Below are positions 1-9,347 of a DNA stretch of 64,000 nucleotides, in pieces; position 1 is the stretch's first letter; each line of letters opens with the position of its first letter. The notes below the pieces were generated by a model that was not told the DNA's origin, ran no database searches, and saw only the letters and a list, made by a program, of their open reading frames with translations. The position numbers and the translations under genes are program-made. Where the stretch lies: positions 32,001 to 96,000 of the IMG/VR virus record IMGVR_UViG_3300017818_000007; one strand, 5' to 3'. The DNA is from a virus.

Positions 1-740
1 TCGCCATCAACAGATGCTTCAAACATCTCTTGAATAACCTTAACTTCAACTTCAGTTGGTTTCTTAGGAAGGAAATCATTTAGATTGTACAATCCATGTG
101 AGTCAACTGCCGCTTTCTCTTCATCAGTTAAAGCACGTTCTCTACGTGACCATTGTGATGTTGAGTAATCAGCATAACCACCTTTAGAAGTTTTCTTAAT
201 GCGGAAGTCTACACCTCGTGCATAATCAGTTGGCAATTCTTCCATCTCAGGATCCATTAATGCACCCTTAATGATTTGGAAAATTTGTGGTCCAATGATA
301 AAACGTCTAATTGGATTCTCTGGAGTAGTATCTTCAGAGATAGGATTGTCTGCTACAAAACCTTGGAAGATGTAAGAACGTTTCTTCCAATATTTACGAC
401 CTTGGTCTTCTAGTGAAGGGTCTTTAAACCAACCACGTACTTCTGAAAGTACAGGGCAAGTTTCGCCATACATTTCCATACATGGAACGTTAACTGTCAC
501 TGGGCGTGAGTCAGTTTGGCCTTTGATTCCCGCAAAAGGAAGTTTGATCATTAAACGTTCTTTCCAAAAGAATACGTTTTCAGGATCAGCGTCAGGTAAG
601 AAACGAAGTACTGCTTCGCTACCTTCTGCCATATTCCAATGTGGGTAAATTGCGTTGTCGCCGCCGCTTGTTTGATTACCGCCGCCTTTACGATCTTCTT
701 GTTCACGTAATTTTGCACGGATTTCTGCTAGTGTTGCCAT
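1..740 (-). CDS. Single-stranded DNA-binding protein, T4 gp32-like (runs off the window edge)
   Basis: Not in the ORF track. Hand translation from ATG at 740 (SD AGGAGG) gives MATLAEIRAKL...AIYPHWN...LRFLPD...VPCMEMYGETCPVLSEVRGWFKD...GRKYWKKRSYIFQGFV...GVDFRIKKTSKGGYADYSTS, matching gp32-family motifs. Confidence 0.85.
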   Translation of the reverse strand, partial: MATLAEIRAKLREQEDRKGGGNQTSGGDNAIYPHWNMAEGSEAVLRFLPDADPENVFFWKERLMIKLPFAGIKGQTDSRPVTVNVPCMEMYGETCPVLSEVRGWFKDPSLEDQGRKYWKKRSYIFQGFVADNPISEDTTPENPIRRFIIGPQIFQIIKGALMDPEMEELPTDYARGVDFRIKKTSKGGYADYSTSQWSRRERALTDEEKAAVDSHGLYNLNDFLPKKPTEVEVKVIQEMFEASVDG

Positions 741-808
741 AATTTAAGCCTCCTATATTTTGCCTTTATGTGCCTGTTGTAGATACGTCTTTCTAACAAC
801 ATATCTAT

Positions 809-837
809 ATTATATTTAGTCTTTATCTAAAAGTCAA
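809..837 (-). promoter_or_regulatory. Sigma70-type promoter for ssb, overlapping a late TAAATA box
   Basis: Minus strand TTGACT (837-832), 17-nt spacer, TATAAT (814-809). TAAATA lies at 818-813. Confidence 0.8.
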
Positions 838-1485
838 CTACTTTTTAAGATAAGTTTGCCAAAAATTCCATGCAGGCATCCAAACCATATTGATTACAAT
901 ACGTCTTGGTACAACTGTTGGTGTTGCACTTGCATGAAATTGGTTTGATGGAAATAGTATTGCTGATCCTTTTTTTGGAACGTTTGCAATCAGTTCCTTC
1001 ATATCATCTTGAGGACCTAAATGGTCTGGCTTCCCATATGGATTTGCTCCAACATTTTTATCAAAAATTCTTGTTGGTCCATCTGCTTCATTAACATAGT
1101 AAACCATACTTAATGATTCTTCATATGGTTGATCAATATGTGGCGGATGAAACATTGTCTCATCTGAACCGTCTGGCGTTAATAAATTGGCCTTAATTCG
1201 AGTAAGTTCTTTTACAGGAATTCCCGTTTCTTTTTCAAAAAAGTAAAAGATAGGTTTGATCATTTCAAACGTTTGGCTAGCATGGCCAGTTTGAGGATTT
1301 AGTATGTCATGAACAAACTGTGGACTTTCTTTTATTTTTTCTTTATTTGCTAAGAATTGAAATTCCCAACTAGAAAAGCCACTTGTGTTATCCTGCCAAG
1401 TCCAAGGTAAAGAAGGATCCATAAAGATTGCTTCTAAATGGTCCTGCATACTTTTAGGTATTAAGTCTTCAAATATATGATACAT
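838..1485 (-). CDS. 2OG-Fe(II) oxygenase superfamily protein
   Basis: HxD (PHID), SMVYYVN, distal His (FPSNQFHAS) and RIVINM, typical of phage 2OG-Fe(II) oxygenases. Confidence 0.75.
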   Translation of the reverse strand: MYHIFEDLIPKSMQDHLEAIFMDPSLPWTWQDNTSGFSSWEFQFLANKEKIKESPQFVHDILNPQTGHASQTFEMIKPIFYFFEKETGIPVKELTRIKANLLTPDGSDETMFHPPHIDQPYEESLSMVYYVNEADGPTRIFDKNVGANPYGKPDHLGPQDDMKELIANVPKKGSAILFPSNQFHASATPTVVPRRIVINMVWMPAWNFWQTYLKK

Positions 1486-1517
1486 ACACTTACTTATTAA
1501 GTATGTTTATGAGTCAG

Positions 1518-3584
1518 TTATTTTCTGATTCCAGCAAGTGTTTTGATTCTATTTAGATCTTCGTTTGTCTTACGTAGTGCTTTTTTCACACCAGGGTGAT
1601 CTGATAAACCTTTTGCAATTTTTTCAATTGTATCAACAGCACCACTATAATTTCCGCCTTTGTAGCGTTTATCGTTTAGCACACCATAAGCCATTTTAAT
1701 TTGTTTATCGCTAAACCCGTGGTTGTCTTTTTCAGCACCCTTTTCTTCCTCTACTTCGTCGCCAAGTTGTACCTTATTCCCGGTCAGTTTGGATACAAAC
1801 TTTTCAACTAGATCCCCTACGGAATCACCAAAACGCTTACGAGCGGAAATAACCACACCTGTTTCGCCTTTTGGAAACGCTCCAGTTTCTTTGTCATAGA
1901 ATGAGCGAACAAACTCTAATACTTCTTCTGCAGAAGATTTAGTGTCTTTAGGTTCTTCTTCTTGTCCAGCAAGACTCATAGAACCGTCTTTACCAATTAC
2001 AACATCTGTTGTATCTGCTTCAGACATATCACCAAAGTCTAAGTCATCCATAGCCTCTGGCATATTGTTTTTAACATAAGAGTAAATCAAAGGTTTAGCA
2101 TCAGCATCAGCATCTTTTTCTGCTAGTGCTTTGATGTCATTTACAAATGTTATATCATCAATGATTCCTTCTAAACTGCTAATTGCGTTTGTTCCATCTG
2201 GACCAACTGGTAGGTCTCTTTGTAGAAGTTTGTTTAATACAGCAATACGTTGGTTGTCTAAGTTTTCGTCAACAACATCGTTTGCCCATGATTCAAATTC
2301 ATCAATGTCTTCACCGTGTGCGTATTTGTTATCACGGTTTGCCCATCGATCGTCTGCATCTTCTTGTGCCGCGGCCATAAGTTCGTCTGGATCTTGCATT
2401 TCAAGATCCGTATCAGCATCGTAGCCTAGTTTGCTATTACCGTCCATAGCACAACTTAAATGAAATGACTTTGGATGTACAACTGGTCTGCCGTCAACTA
2501 TTGTTGCTGTGTAATAAAGAGTACAGCCTGTAGTTTCACCGTCATCACCTACACCCTCGAAATCAACTTCACCATCAAAATGCTCTGGATCAAATCCTTC
2601 GTTAGCAAGTTTATCAAGATCTACTGTTGTTTCACTAATACGCTTTTGATGAATACTGTGTAGTAATGGGAACATATCAGTTAGGTCCTCATTAAATTGA
2701 GGAATAGTAAATGCATTGGTTAGATCGTTTACAACGTCATCACCCAATTGGTTGTCCATATCAGTTGCGACAAAGTTTTCTTTTTGTTGTGTATAGTATG
2801 ATTGGGTTTGTAATTTTTTAATGTGTGTTCTTAGGTTTTCAAGTTCAGCATTACTACCTTCAATAATATCATTTGAAGTTTGATTCATAAAGTCTTTGTT
2901 TTGTACATATCTTTTGAACGCTGTTAGTTTAGCAATGTTTGATGAAGTTTCAATAATGTGTTTACCAAACTCATCATGTGGAAGTCCGCCGTTTGCAACG
3001 TGACGTGACATTGCTCTAGCACCTGCTAAGTGATTGTATGGATACTTAAATCTTTCTCCTGCTTCGTTTTCAATAAAAAGTGTTTGAATATTTCTAGCAC
3101 GAGCACCCATTTGCTCTGCATTAATTTCCTTTTTATGTCTAATAATTAATCTTGTTCTATCTAAGTTTTCATAACTAGATTTTGTAGTACCATACATTGC
3201 TGACTCCTGAACTTTATTTCCTAAATATTTATAGTCACGTTTGTCTAAATTACTTTTAGCAATATCCTTAGCATCAAATCCCATCATATGTTTCTTAGAA
3301 AAGAATCTCATATCTTTTAAGAAATCATACCATGCATCTTCTGTTGCTTCGTTAGCGTTTTCGAGCATTCCCTGGCTAAAATACAGTTTTAATGTATCAG
3401 GATCCTTAATGCTTATGCTTACAGCACCTTGATTCTCTCCATCGACTACATAGTCAAAATCAAAGAATCGTGCCTTGCTCTCCTCGCTAGTAGGAGCACC
3501 GTTTTCGTCACCCATTTCAATGCGTGGAAAACGTGATCTAATTTTCTCAAATAGAGATGATGCTATTGAATCTAAACCCTTCAT
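1518..3584 (-). CDS. Acidic virion protein, probable internal head protein
   Basis: Long acidic ORF downstream of terminase. Start moved to MKGLDS (3584), which follows TATAAATA-N5. C-terminus LNRIKTLAGIRK resembles the scaffold C-terminus. Confidence 0.55.
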   Translation of the reverse strand: MKGLDSIASSLFEKIRSRFPRIEMGDENGAPTSEESKARFFDFDYVVDGENQGAVSISIKDPDTLKLYFSQGMLENANEATEDAWYDFLKDMRFFSKKHMMGFDAKDIAKSNLDKRDYKYLGNKVQESAMYGTTKSSYENLDRTRLIIRHKKEINAEQMGARARNIQTLFIENEAGERFKYPYNHLAGARAMSRHVANGGLPHDEFGKHIIETSSNIAKLTAFKRYVQNKDFMNQTSNDIIEGSNAELENLRTHIKKLQTQSYYTQQKENFVATDMDNQLGDDVVNDLTNAFTIPQFNEDLTDMFPLLHSIHQKRISETTVDLDKLANEGFDPEHFDGEVDFEGVGDDGETTGCTLYYTATIVDGRPVVHPKSFHLSCAMDGNSKLGYDADTDLEMQDPDELMAAAQEDADDRWANRDNKYAHGEDIDEFESWANDVVDENLDNQRIAVLNKLLQRDLPVGPDGTNAISSLEGIIDDITFVNDIKALAEKDADADAKPLIYSYVKNNMPEAMDDLDFGDMSEADTTDVVIGKDGSMSLAGQEEEPKDTKSSAEEVLEFVRSFYDKETGAFPKGETGVVISARKRFGDSVGDLVEKFVSKLTGNKVQLGDEVEEEKGAEKDNHGFSDKQIKMAYGVLNDKRYKGGNYSGAVDTIEKIAKGLSDHPGVKKALRKTNEDLNRIKTLAGIRK

Positions 3585-3600
3585 ATATGTATTTATACTA

Positions 3601-5190
3601 TTAGAAAGAAACAAACACCGGCATTGGTGTTATCATTTCTGTGTCTAAGTCCTTCATTTTCTCGTAAATTGCTGGATCCCAATCCGCTAATATTTGTTGC
3701 ATTCGAACGTTAAGCAATGTAGCACTAACAAGGTCATCGTGTTCCCCTGTCTTAGCACCAAATGTAGTGCCGTGTGCTACATATGCTTTAAGTTCTGAAA
3801 TAAGCGGTTTACTTTTAATTTTTAGTTTGCTTGTTTCTAGCAAGTGCTTAAATTTAGCACAAGCACTCATTTTAGTTTTGTGTGTTGTATTAAATCCTTT
3901 TCTAAACTTTCGCACATGGCCTTTTCTAATAGGCTCACTCAAAAACATACCGTAAATGTTTTCTTCACCGTAGTCATTGATGGTCACTAGTGCGGCTTCG
4001 CCTATGGCGTTATTTTCGACTGAATAATACACCTGAGGCAAACTGCCAGACAGTTCTTCGCATTGTTCTTTTATATTTTTTGTTATATCTGCTAATATCC
4101 TGACTTGCCCTTGGATAGGTGTAGTGTTGTGTTGCCACTCTGCTACTTGTTCAAAAGTAGGTAATTCAAATACTTGAATTGCCGCATAGTCTCCTCCTGT
4201 ACCTAAACTTGGGTCCATACTTACAACATACGTCATCTTAGGATTACAATCTTTATACCACCTAGTCTGACCCATTCTTTTTGAAGGTTCTAAACCTTCA
4301 AGTTCTGCAAGTCGAACACTGTTGATTAATGTTTCGTCAAAGATTAAGAATTCACATTCGTGTTCTCGACGGAAACGTTCTTCACCAATACGTGATTTTT
4401 CTTCAGCCGCCCATTGATCATCTCGATCTGGATGTTCACTCCAATGAGCAGTAAACGCATAAAAGCCATTGATACCAACTTCAGTATCATTACCATGTTC
4501 GTCAAATCTTTTTGTTGCTTCAGTCCAAATAAGTGCAAATTGATCTTCGTCACTGTTTGGTGTTGAAGTAATAATTGCTTTACCACCTGTTGCTAGTGTA
4601 GGTGAAATAGCAGTCCAGAATTCTTTAGCAATAGTAGGATTAACGAATGCAAACTCATCACAGTATAGTAAAGATATTGACATACCTCGTCCCGTGTTGT
4701 CTGTGGTTGTTTGTGATACAATACGTGATCCGTTATCAAATTCCATTGATCCCTTGTTATACGATACAACACCGCAACGTATATGATCTGGACAGTCTTC
4801 ATATGCATATCTTATTCTATGCATGATTTCTTGAGCGCCTGCATACTTGTGTGCCGCAATAAGCACAGTCACATCAGGGTTAAACATTGCGTACCATAAT
4901 AGATATCCTGCCGCCGTTGTAGACTTACCTGTCTGTCTTGGTAGCATATTAATATTAAATCTATAACTGTGATATGAATCTACAAGTCTTTCTTGGAATT
5001 CAAAAGGTTGAAACAACAACTTACCTTTAGTAGGATGTTGAATGTAAAAGAAGTTATCCATAAAGTACTTGGGTCCAGTAGTTGGATCCATGCAGGCTTT
5101 AAGGTCTTCAATTTGTTCTTTTGTATATCTTGTCTTACTGTGTGCTTTTTTAACTAGTACACCGTCAAGACTTTTTCCTGTCTGTGCCAT
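3601..5190 (-). CDS. terL: Terminase large subunit (T4 gp17-like)
   Basis: PRQTGKST Walker A, LLYCDEFAF Walker B, nuclease motifs SMDPSLG and GEHDDLV. Confidence 0.95.
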   Translation of the reverse strand: MAQTGKSLDGVLVKKAHSKTRYTKEQIEDLKACMDPTTGPKYFMDNFFYIQHPTKGKLLFQPFEFQERLVDSYHSYRFNINMLPRQTGKSTTAAGYLLWYAMFNPDVTVLIAAHKYAGAQEIMHRIRYAYEDCPDHIRCGVVSYNKGSMEFDNGSRIVSQTTTDNTGRGMSISLLYCDEFAFVNPTIAKEFWTAISPTLATGGKAIITSTPNSDEDQFALIWTEATKRFDEHGNDTEVGINGFYAFTAHWSEHPDRDDQWAAEEKSRIGEERFRREHECEFLIFDETLINSVRLAELEGLEPSKRMGQTRWYKDCNPKMTYVVSMDPSLGTGGDYAAIQVFELPTFEQVAEWQHNTTPIQGQVRILADITKNIKEQCEELSGSLPQVYYSVENNAIGEAALVTINDYGEENIYGMFLSEPIRKGHVRKFRKGFNTTHKTKMSACAKFKHLLETSKLKIKSKPLISELKAYVAHGTTFGAKTGEHDDLVSATLLNVRMQQILADWDPAIYEKMKDLDTEMITPMPVFVSF

Positions 5191-5217
5191 ACTAATATTT
5201 AGTGAGGTTTTGTGGGG

Positions 5218-5391
5218 TTAAGAGTTTTTCTTTGCCATCTTAGTTGCAGTAGCATACATTACTGCTTCTGCATCTTTGCCATAGCGGTCTTTAAAATCGC
5301 CTTTGGCTTTTTTCATACCTTTGACGTATTTTTCTTTGGTCTTTTCTTCTTTCTTAGAAAGTTTACGTTCTGTTAGTTCGTATATACGCAT
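5218..5391 (-). CDS. 57-aa basic protein, probable small internal head protein
   Basis: Below the ORF-track cutoff. MRIYELTERKLSKKEEKTKEKYVKGMKKAKGDFKDRYGKDAEAVMYATATKMAKKNS; its start overlaps the upstream stop (TAATG). Confidence 0.75.
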   Translation of the reverse strand: MRIYELTERKLSKKEEKTKEKYVKGMKKAKGDFKDRYGKDAEAVMYATATKMAKKNS

Positions 5392-7496
5392 TATGGAACA
5401 AGGGTAATGCCGCTTGGTGACACTCCTCTACTTGCTCCCGGACCTTTTGCCGCAGTTTGAAGAGCCTTCCAAACAGCAGAAACATCGTCAACTTCTTTTC
5501 CAACATTTTTAAGAAGATTAATAACTTCTCTATTTTTTGGATCTAAAAATAGTGATTCGCCAGTTTTTAAGTTTTTAACAACAACTTGTCCTACATTATT
5601 TAAATCTACCATTAACTCAGATCCTTTAACAGCCTTGTGTGCTTCTGCCGCTTTTGCAGTAAGTTTTTTAACTTCTGCAAGGATTTCAGCACTTGTTTTT
5701 TCTGTTGCTTGTGTTGCTTGAGCAAGTTTTTTTGAATTAACAAGTTCGTCAACAATACCTTTTCCTAAGTCTTGCATTTCTTTTGCTTTTTTTGCTTTAG
5801 CCGATAATGCAAGTTTAGAACCAATTTTTATGCCTCCGCCGCCAACAAAAGTTAACCCAACAAAGAAGTAGAAACTATTAAGTTCACTTTCCATTGCTGG
5901 ATCCGGACCGTCGCCATTATCTTGTGTAAATTGACACCAACCTGGTTTAAAGTATTTGTTTTGTTTATAGAATGCACCGCATTGTGCAGATGATTCTCTA
6001 GTGCCACTAAGTCCAAATGGAATAGCATCAACAAAAATGCTAAAGTCGTTTCCGGCTTGTTCGTACATATTAATTGCTTGATCAACTGTAAGATATACGC
6101 CGCCGACAAATAATAAAGCGCCAAGGACAAACCAGATCCACTCGGTTAAAATTTCTTCTTCAGTTAAGGTTTCTAGATATTGTTTGTCGTAGCCTGACTC
6201 AATTAAATTTTTTTTTTGGTCTGCTGTTGACAGTGTTAAACTTTCATTTATGAACGAAATGTAGTCGCTCCTGAGTGCTTCTTCAATATCTTCAAGTGGG
6301 TTATCTCCCTGCTTTGAAAACTTGCGAGGCAATTTCTTAAGTTCTGTCTTACCGTATTCATCTTCTAATTCTTCGTCTGAATACTTTTCGCCTTCTTTCT
6401 CATTGCCCATTGAGTTAGCATAACCTTCTTGTTGTGCAGGATCTTTAACACGTAAGTCTTGTGGATGCTTACTGCCGTTTAGTCCATTAAGTCCTGCTAG
6501 TCTAGTAATGTCTTCAACATCACTGTACTGTTCGTTAGGCTGATTTTCGTATTCTGCTTCTTCTGTGTCTCCACAACCGCAGTTGCCGTTAATGTTGTCA
6601 TCACCTTTCATAGTCATGTCAGGTGCATCATCTTGTGGCATCATGTCTTGGCTTACTGGTTTCATTCCAGCAAGTTGCATAATTCTTTGTAGTGCTGGTA
6701 AGTCTTCTGGACTATCAGCAGTAATAGTAATTGCTTCGTTTACTGATTCTTTCATTGCTTTGTTTTTAGCATAGCAATCGCAGTGTTCACAATCTGGACC
6801 GCATTTACATTCTGTGACTGGCTTACCGCAACAAGCCTTTGGACACATCTCAACGCCTTCTTTAACAGGTCCTTTTTTCTTTTTATCTTTAAGTGCCTTT
6901 TTCATAGGCTCTTTTTTGTCGCCATCTTTATCAAAGTCTAAGTAATCTGGTTTTGCTTTCTTACCTTCTTCAACCGACTCGTGTTCAATGCTTTCAAAGT
7001 TCCCTTGATTTAAGTTCCACTTCAAATACTCTTGTGCATTATTGAACTTAATCTTTTGTCCATTAATGTTCATCTCTTGAGGAAATGGAATTGTTTGATT
7101 TTTTCCTGTTGGAGTTTTAAATGTAATGCGTTTTAAATCATCAGCAATGTCTACAATCTCTCCACTGCCGAACACCTTTTTACCAATAAGTTTAGCAAAT
7201 CTGCTAGTAGGTGCTTGTGCCTTCTGTGCGTTAGGGTTAGGTTGTACTGGCTTACCTGGTGTTGTTTGTGTTTGTGGTGTTGTTTGTGTGCGTGTATTGA
7301 CAGTAGCCGCATCTAATTCATCAAATGCACCCGCCGCTCTTGCTCTCATTGCATCCGCTTGTTGTTTAGTTAGCGGTGCTTCATTAACACTACCGTTCAT
7401 GCGTGTTGTATTATCGATTGCATCCACTACGTTAGGATTCTTTGCATCTAGTTCACGTAATCTTTTTAATACATCATGCATTTCAAATGTTGCCAT
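5391..7496 (-). CDS. Modular probable internal head protein with a Cys cluster, a DxDxDG loop and C-terminal hydrophobic helices
   Basis: SD AGGGG. Contains DFDKDGD, CPKACC..CKC..C..CDC, two LAG motifs and TM-like WIWFVLGALLFVGGVYLTV. Confidence 0.6.
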   Translation of the reverse strand: MATFEMHDVLKRLRELDAKNPNVVDAIDNTTRMNGSVNEAPLTKQQADAMRARAAGAFDELDAATVNTRTQTTPQTQTTPGKPVQPNPNAQKAQAPTSRFAKLIGKKVFGSGEIVDIADDLKRITFKTPTGKNQTIPFPQEMNINGQKIKFNNAQEYLKWNLNQGNFESIEHESVEEGKKAKPDYLDFDKDGDKKEPMKKALKDKKKKGPVKEGVEMCPKACCGKPVTECKCGPDCEHCDCYAKNKAMKESVNEAITITADSPEDLPALQRIMQLAGMKPVSQDMMPQDDAPDMTMKGDDNINGNCGCGDTEEAEYENQPNEQYSDVEDITRLAGLNGLNGSKHPQDLRVKDPAQQEGYANSMGNEKEGEKYSDEELEDEYGKTELKKLPRKFSKQGDNPLEDIEEALRSDYISFINESLTLSTADQKKNLIESGYDKQYLETLTEEEILTEWIWFVLGALLFVGGVYLTVDQAINMYEQAGNDFSIFVDAIPFGLSGTRESSAQCGAFYKQNKYFKPGWCQFTQDNGDGPDPAMESELNSFYFFVGLTFVGGGGIKIGSKLALSAKAKKAKEMQDLGKGIVDELVNSKKLAQATQATEKTSAEILAEVKKLTAKAAEAHKAVKGSELMVDLNNVGQVVVKNLKTGESLFLDPKNREVINLLKNVGKEVDDVSAVWKALQTAAKGPGASRGVSPSGITLVP

Positions 7497-7498
7497 AA

Positions 7499-7993
7499 TT
7501 ATTCCCCTGATTGTCTTTCTTTTGCTTCTTTAGCAAGACTTTGTAAAAACGTTTCTTTACCTTTTTCTGTGACAACTAACTCATCTTTATTAACATCAGG
7601 TGCATCTTTGTATTCTGGATCACCAAGTTTTGCTTCGTATGGCTTATTGTCTGATTCTTTTTGCATTTCCTCATAGTCTTCACCTGGCTTACGAACTCTT
7701 AAGTTCTCAACACTTACATTACAGAAATTTGCAATGTAATGTCTTAGGTGATCCTGTGTTGTAGGATAGTTTAAAGTAGTTTCATAAACTGTGACTTCTG
7801 AGTTTGGATTTTGTGGAAAGTCTAAAGGTAAACTTTGAATAGGAGTTTTTTTACCTGAAGATAGATTAGCAATTTCAAACTTTTTAAGTGCAGTTTCTAA
7901 ACGGTCGTCAAACCCTTCAGGTAATTCGCCCGCCAGTTTAATAACAAAATCGTATTGTTTTGATGCTTCTGCAAGATACTTTTTAAAATCCAT
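7499..7993 (-). CDS. Hypothetical virion/head protein
   Basis: SD AGGAG with TAAATA upstream. N-terminus MDFKKYLAE resembles T4 capsid-targeting sequences. Confidence 0.55.
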   Translation of the reverse strand: MDFKKYLAEASKQYDFVIKLAGELPEGFDDRLETALKKFEIANLSSGKKTPIQSLPLDFPQNPNSEVTVYETTLNYPTTQDHLRHYIANFCNVSVENLRVRKPGEDYEEMQKESDNKPYEAKLGDPEYKDAPDVNKDELVVTEKGKETFLQSLAKEAKERQSGE

Positions 7994-8014
7994 GTTAACT
8001 CCTAATATATACAG

Positions 8015-8506
8015 TTATTTATCTTCTTTCTTATTTAAAATCTCTTCTATGAGCGAGTTGCGATCTATGATAATGCCCTCACTATCAACAGTATTAGCGC
8101 CATCGCCCATTTTTTGGTCTAATGATTGCTTTTTAAGTTGTAATTCAATCATTTTTAACTTTTTATCCATTTTTTGGCTCTTAGCATCAATAGCATTTTT
8201 AAGCATAGTACCTGCTACTTCAAAAATACGTCCTGCATAGCGGCTTTCTACATTCATACCCAGATCCATTAGATCTTCATATGTAGTTTTGGCTTTATCT
8301 GCTAGTTCATCTAGTTCTTTATCTGCTAATTCACCAAGTCCTTTAACCATAGGAAGTGCCGCCGATATTTTATCAAACTCTGCAATGCTACGTTCCATTT
8401 GTTTGGTTTGTTTAATTGTATTAACGTCTGGAGCAGGTTCTTCAACTTGTTCCATTGTTTCTTTAACTTCTGGAAGTTCTAACAACTCTTCTAGTTTCTT
8501 TGTCAT
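8015..8506 (-). CDS. Probable terminase small subunit (gp16-like)
   Basis: 163-aa helical protein with GRIFEVAGTMLKNAIDAK, resembling the central helices of T4-type TerS; packaging-gene context. Confidence 0.55.
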   Translation of the reverse strand: MTKKLEELLELPEVKETMEQVEEPAPDVNTIKQTKQMERSIAEFDKISAALPMVKGLGELADKELDELADKAKTTYEDLMDLGMNVESRYAGRIFEVAGTMLKNAIDAKSQKMDKKLKMIELQLKKQSLDQKMGDGANTVDSEGIIIDRNSLIEEILNKKEDK

Positions 8507-8514
8507 ACTATTAC

Positions 8515-8955
8515 TTACCTTCTTTTGCCTTGGTGGAATAAATCTTTTTCTGTCACAATCCTAAAAAACACGCCATTTTGTTTAGCATACTTTGCCGCGG
8601 CTTCCCATTTTGCTTTATTTTTAATAAACTGTGCTTGATTATATGTATTCTTACCAACACTTTCACGTACAGTTTGATTCTCTGGTTTTATTTCAATTAT
8701 TTCTGCTTTTGTTTTTCCTTTTTTATTAGCATACACAATAAAAAAGTCTGGAACATAAATTGTATACTTTCCTGTAAGAGGATCTCTATAAGGTATCTTT
8801 ATACTTTCACTTGCCCATTTTGCAATAGCAGGATGTTCGTCACACATTTTCATAAAGTGCCATTCCCAACTACTGCGGTACATTGGTGTTTTTATCCCAA
8901 CATACTTGTCGGGATTTTTCATTTCAAATCTGCCTTGAGCAAACTTTAAGGCCAT
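8515..8955 (-). CDS. Head completion nuclease (T4 gp4 / TnsA-like)
   Basis: YRSSWE, WASESIKIPY, YVPDF, EIKP and KWEAA motifs. Confidence 0.85.
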   Translation of the reverse strand: MALKFAQGRFEMKNPDKYVGIKTPMYRSSWEWHFMKMCDEHPAIAKWASESIKIPYRDPLTGKYTIYVPDFFIVYANKKGKTKAEIIEIKPENQTVRESVGKNTYNQAQFIKNKAKWEAAAKYAKQNGVFFRIVTEKDLFHQGKRR

Positions 8956-8957
8956 AA

Positions 8958-9338
8958 CTACTCACCACTATCAATGATGTTTCTTTTTGCACTGTTCCAA
9001 ACACTTACTCGTGCAGTACCTAATGTGCTAGACTTTGGCCTATTAATATTTAAAATTTCTCCTAAGAGATCAGTTAATTCCATATTAGGTGTTTGTCTAA
9101 TTTCTTCATAAACTACCATTGGATCAAGTTCATCAATATTACACTGTGTTAAGATAATGTTTGTTGTTTCTTTTGCAGTTTCTTCGCCCATACCTTTTGA
9201 TTTTAAAATATTAACAAACGCGGCAACATCTGATGTTTTTAAATTAATTTGCTGTCTATTAAAATTATTAAAAAAGTCAGTTGTTGTATCTGCACTATTG
9301 GCTGAAACATTATTAGTGTAAATATTTTCTGTTCCCAT
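8958..9338 (-). CDS. Hypothetical protein (tail/baseplate region)
   Basis: 126-aa ORF with SD AGGA, tightly packed in the operon. Confidence 0.55.
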   Translation of the reverse strand: MGTENIYTNNVSANSADTTTDFFNNFNRQQINLKTSDVAAFVNILKSKGMGEETAKETTNIILTQCNIDELDPMVVYEEIRQTPNMELTDLLGEILNINRPKSSTLGTARVSVWNSAKRNIIDSGE

Positions 9339-9347
9339 AATTTATTC

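Noticed and set aside
775-806. Classical H-type pseudoknot in the ssb leader
   Set aside because: Forming both stems would need zero-length crossing loops, so I treat them as alternative hairpins.
3601-5190. Intein or intron in the terminase
   Set aside because: Normal length, contiguous motifs, no splice motifs.
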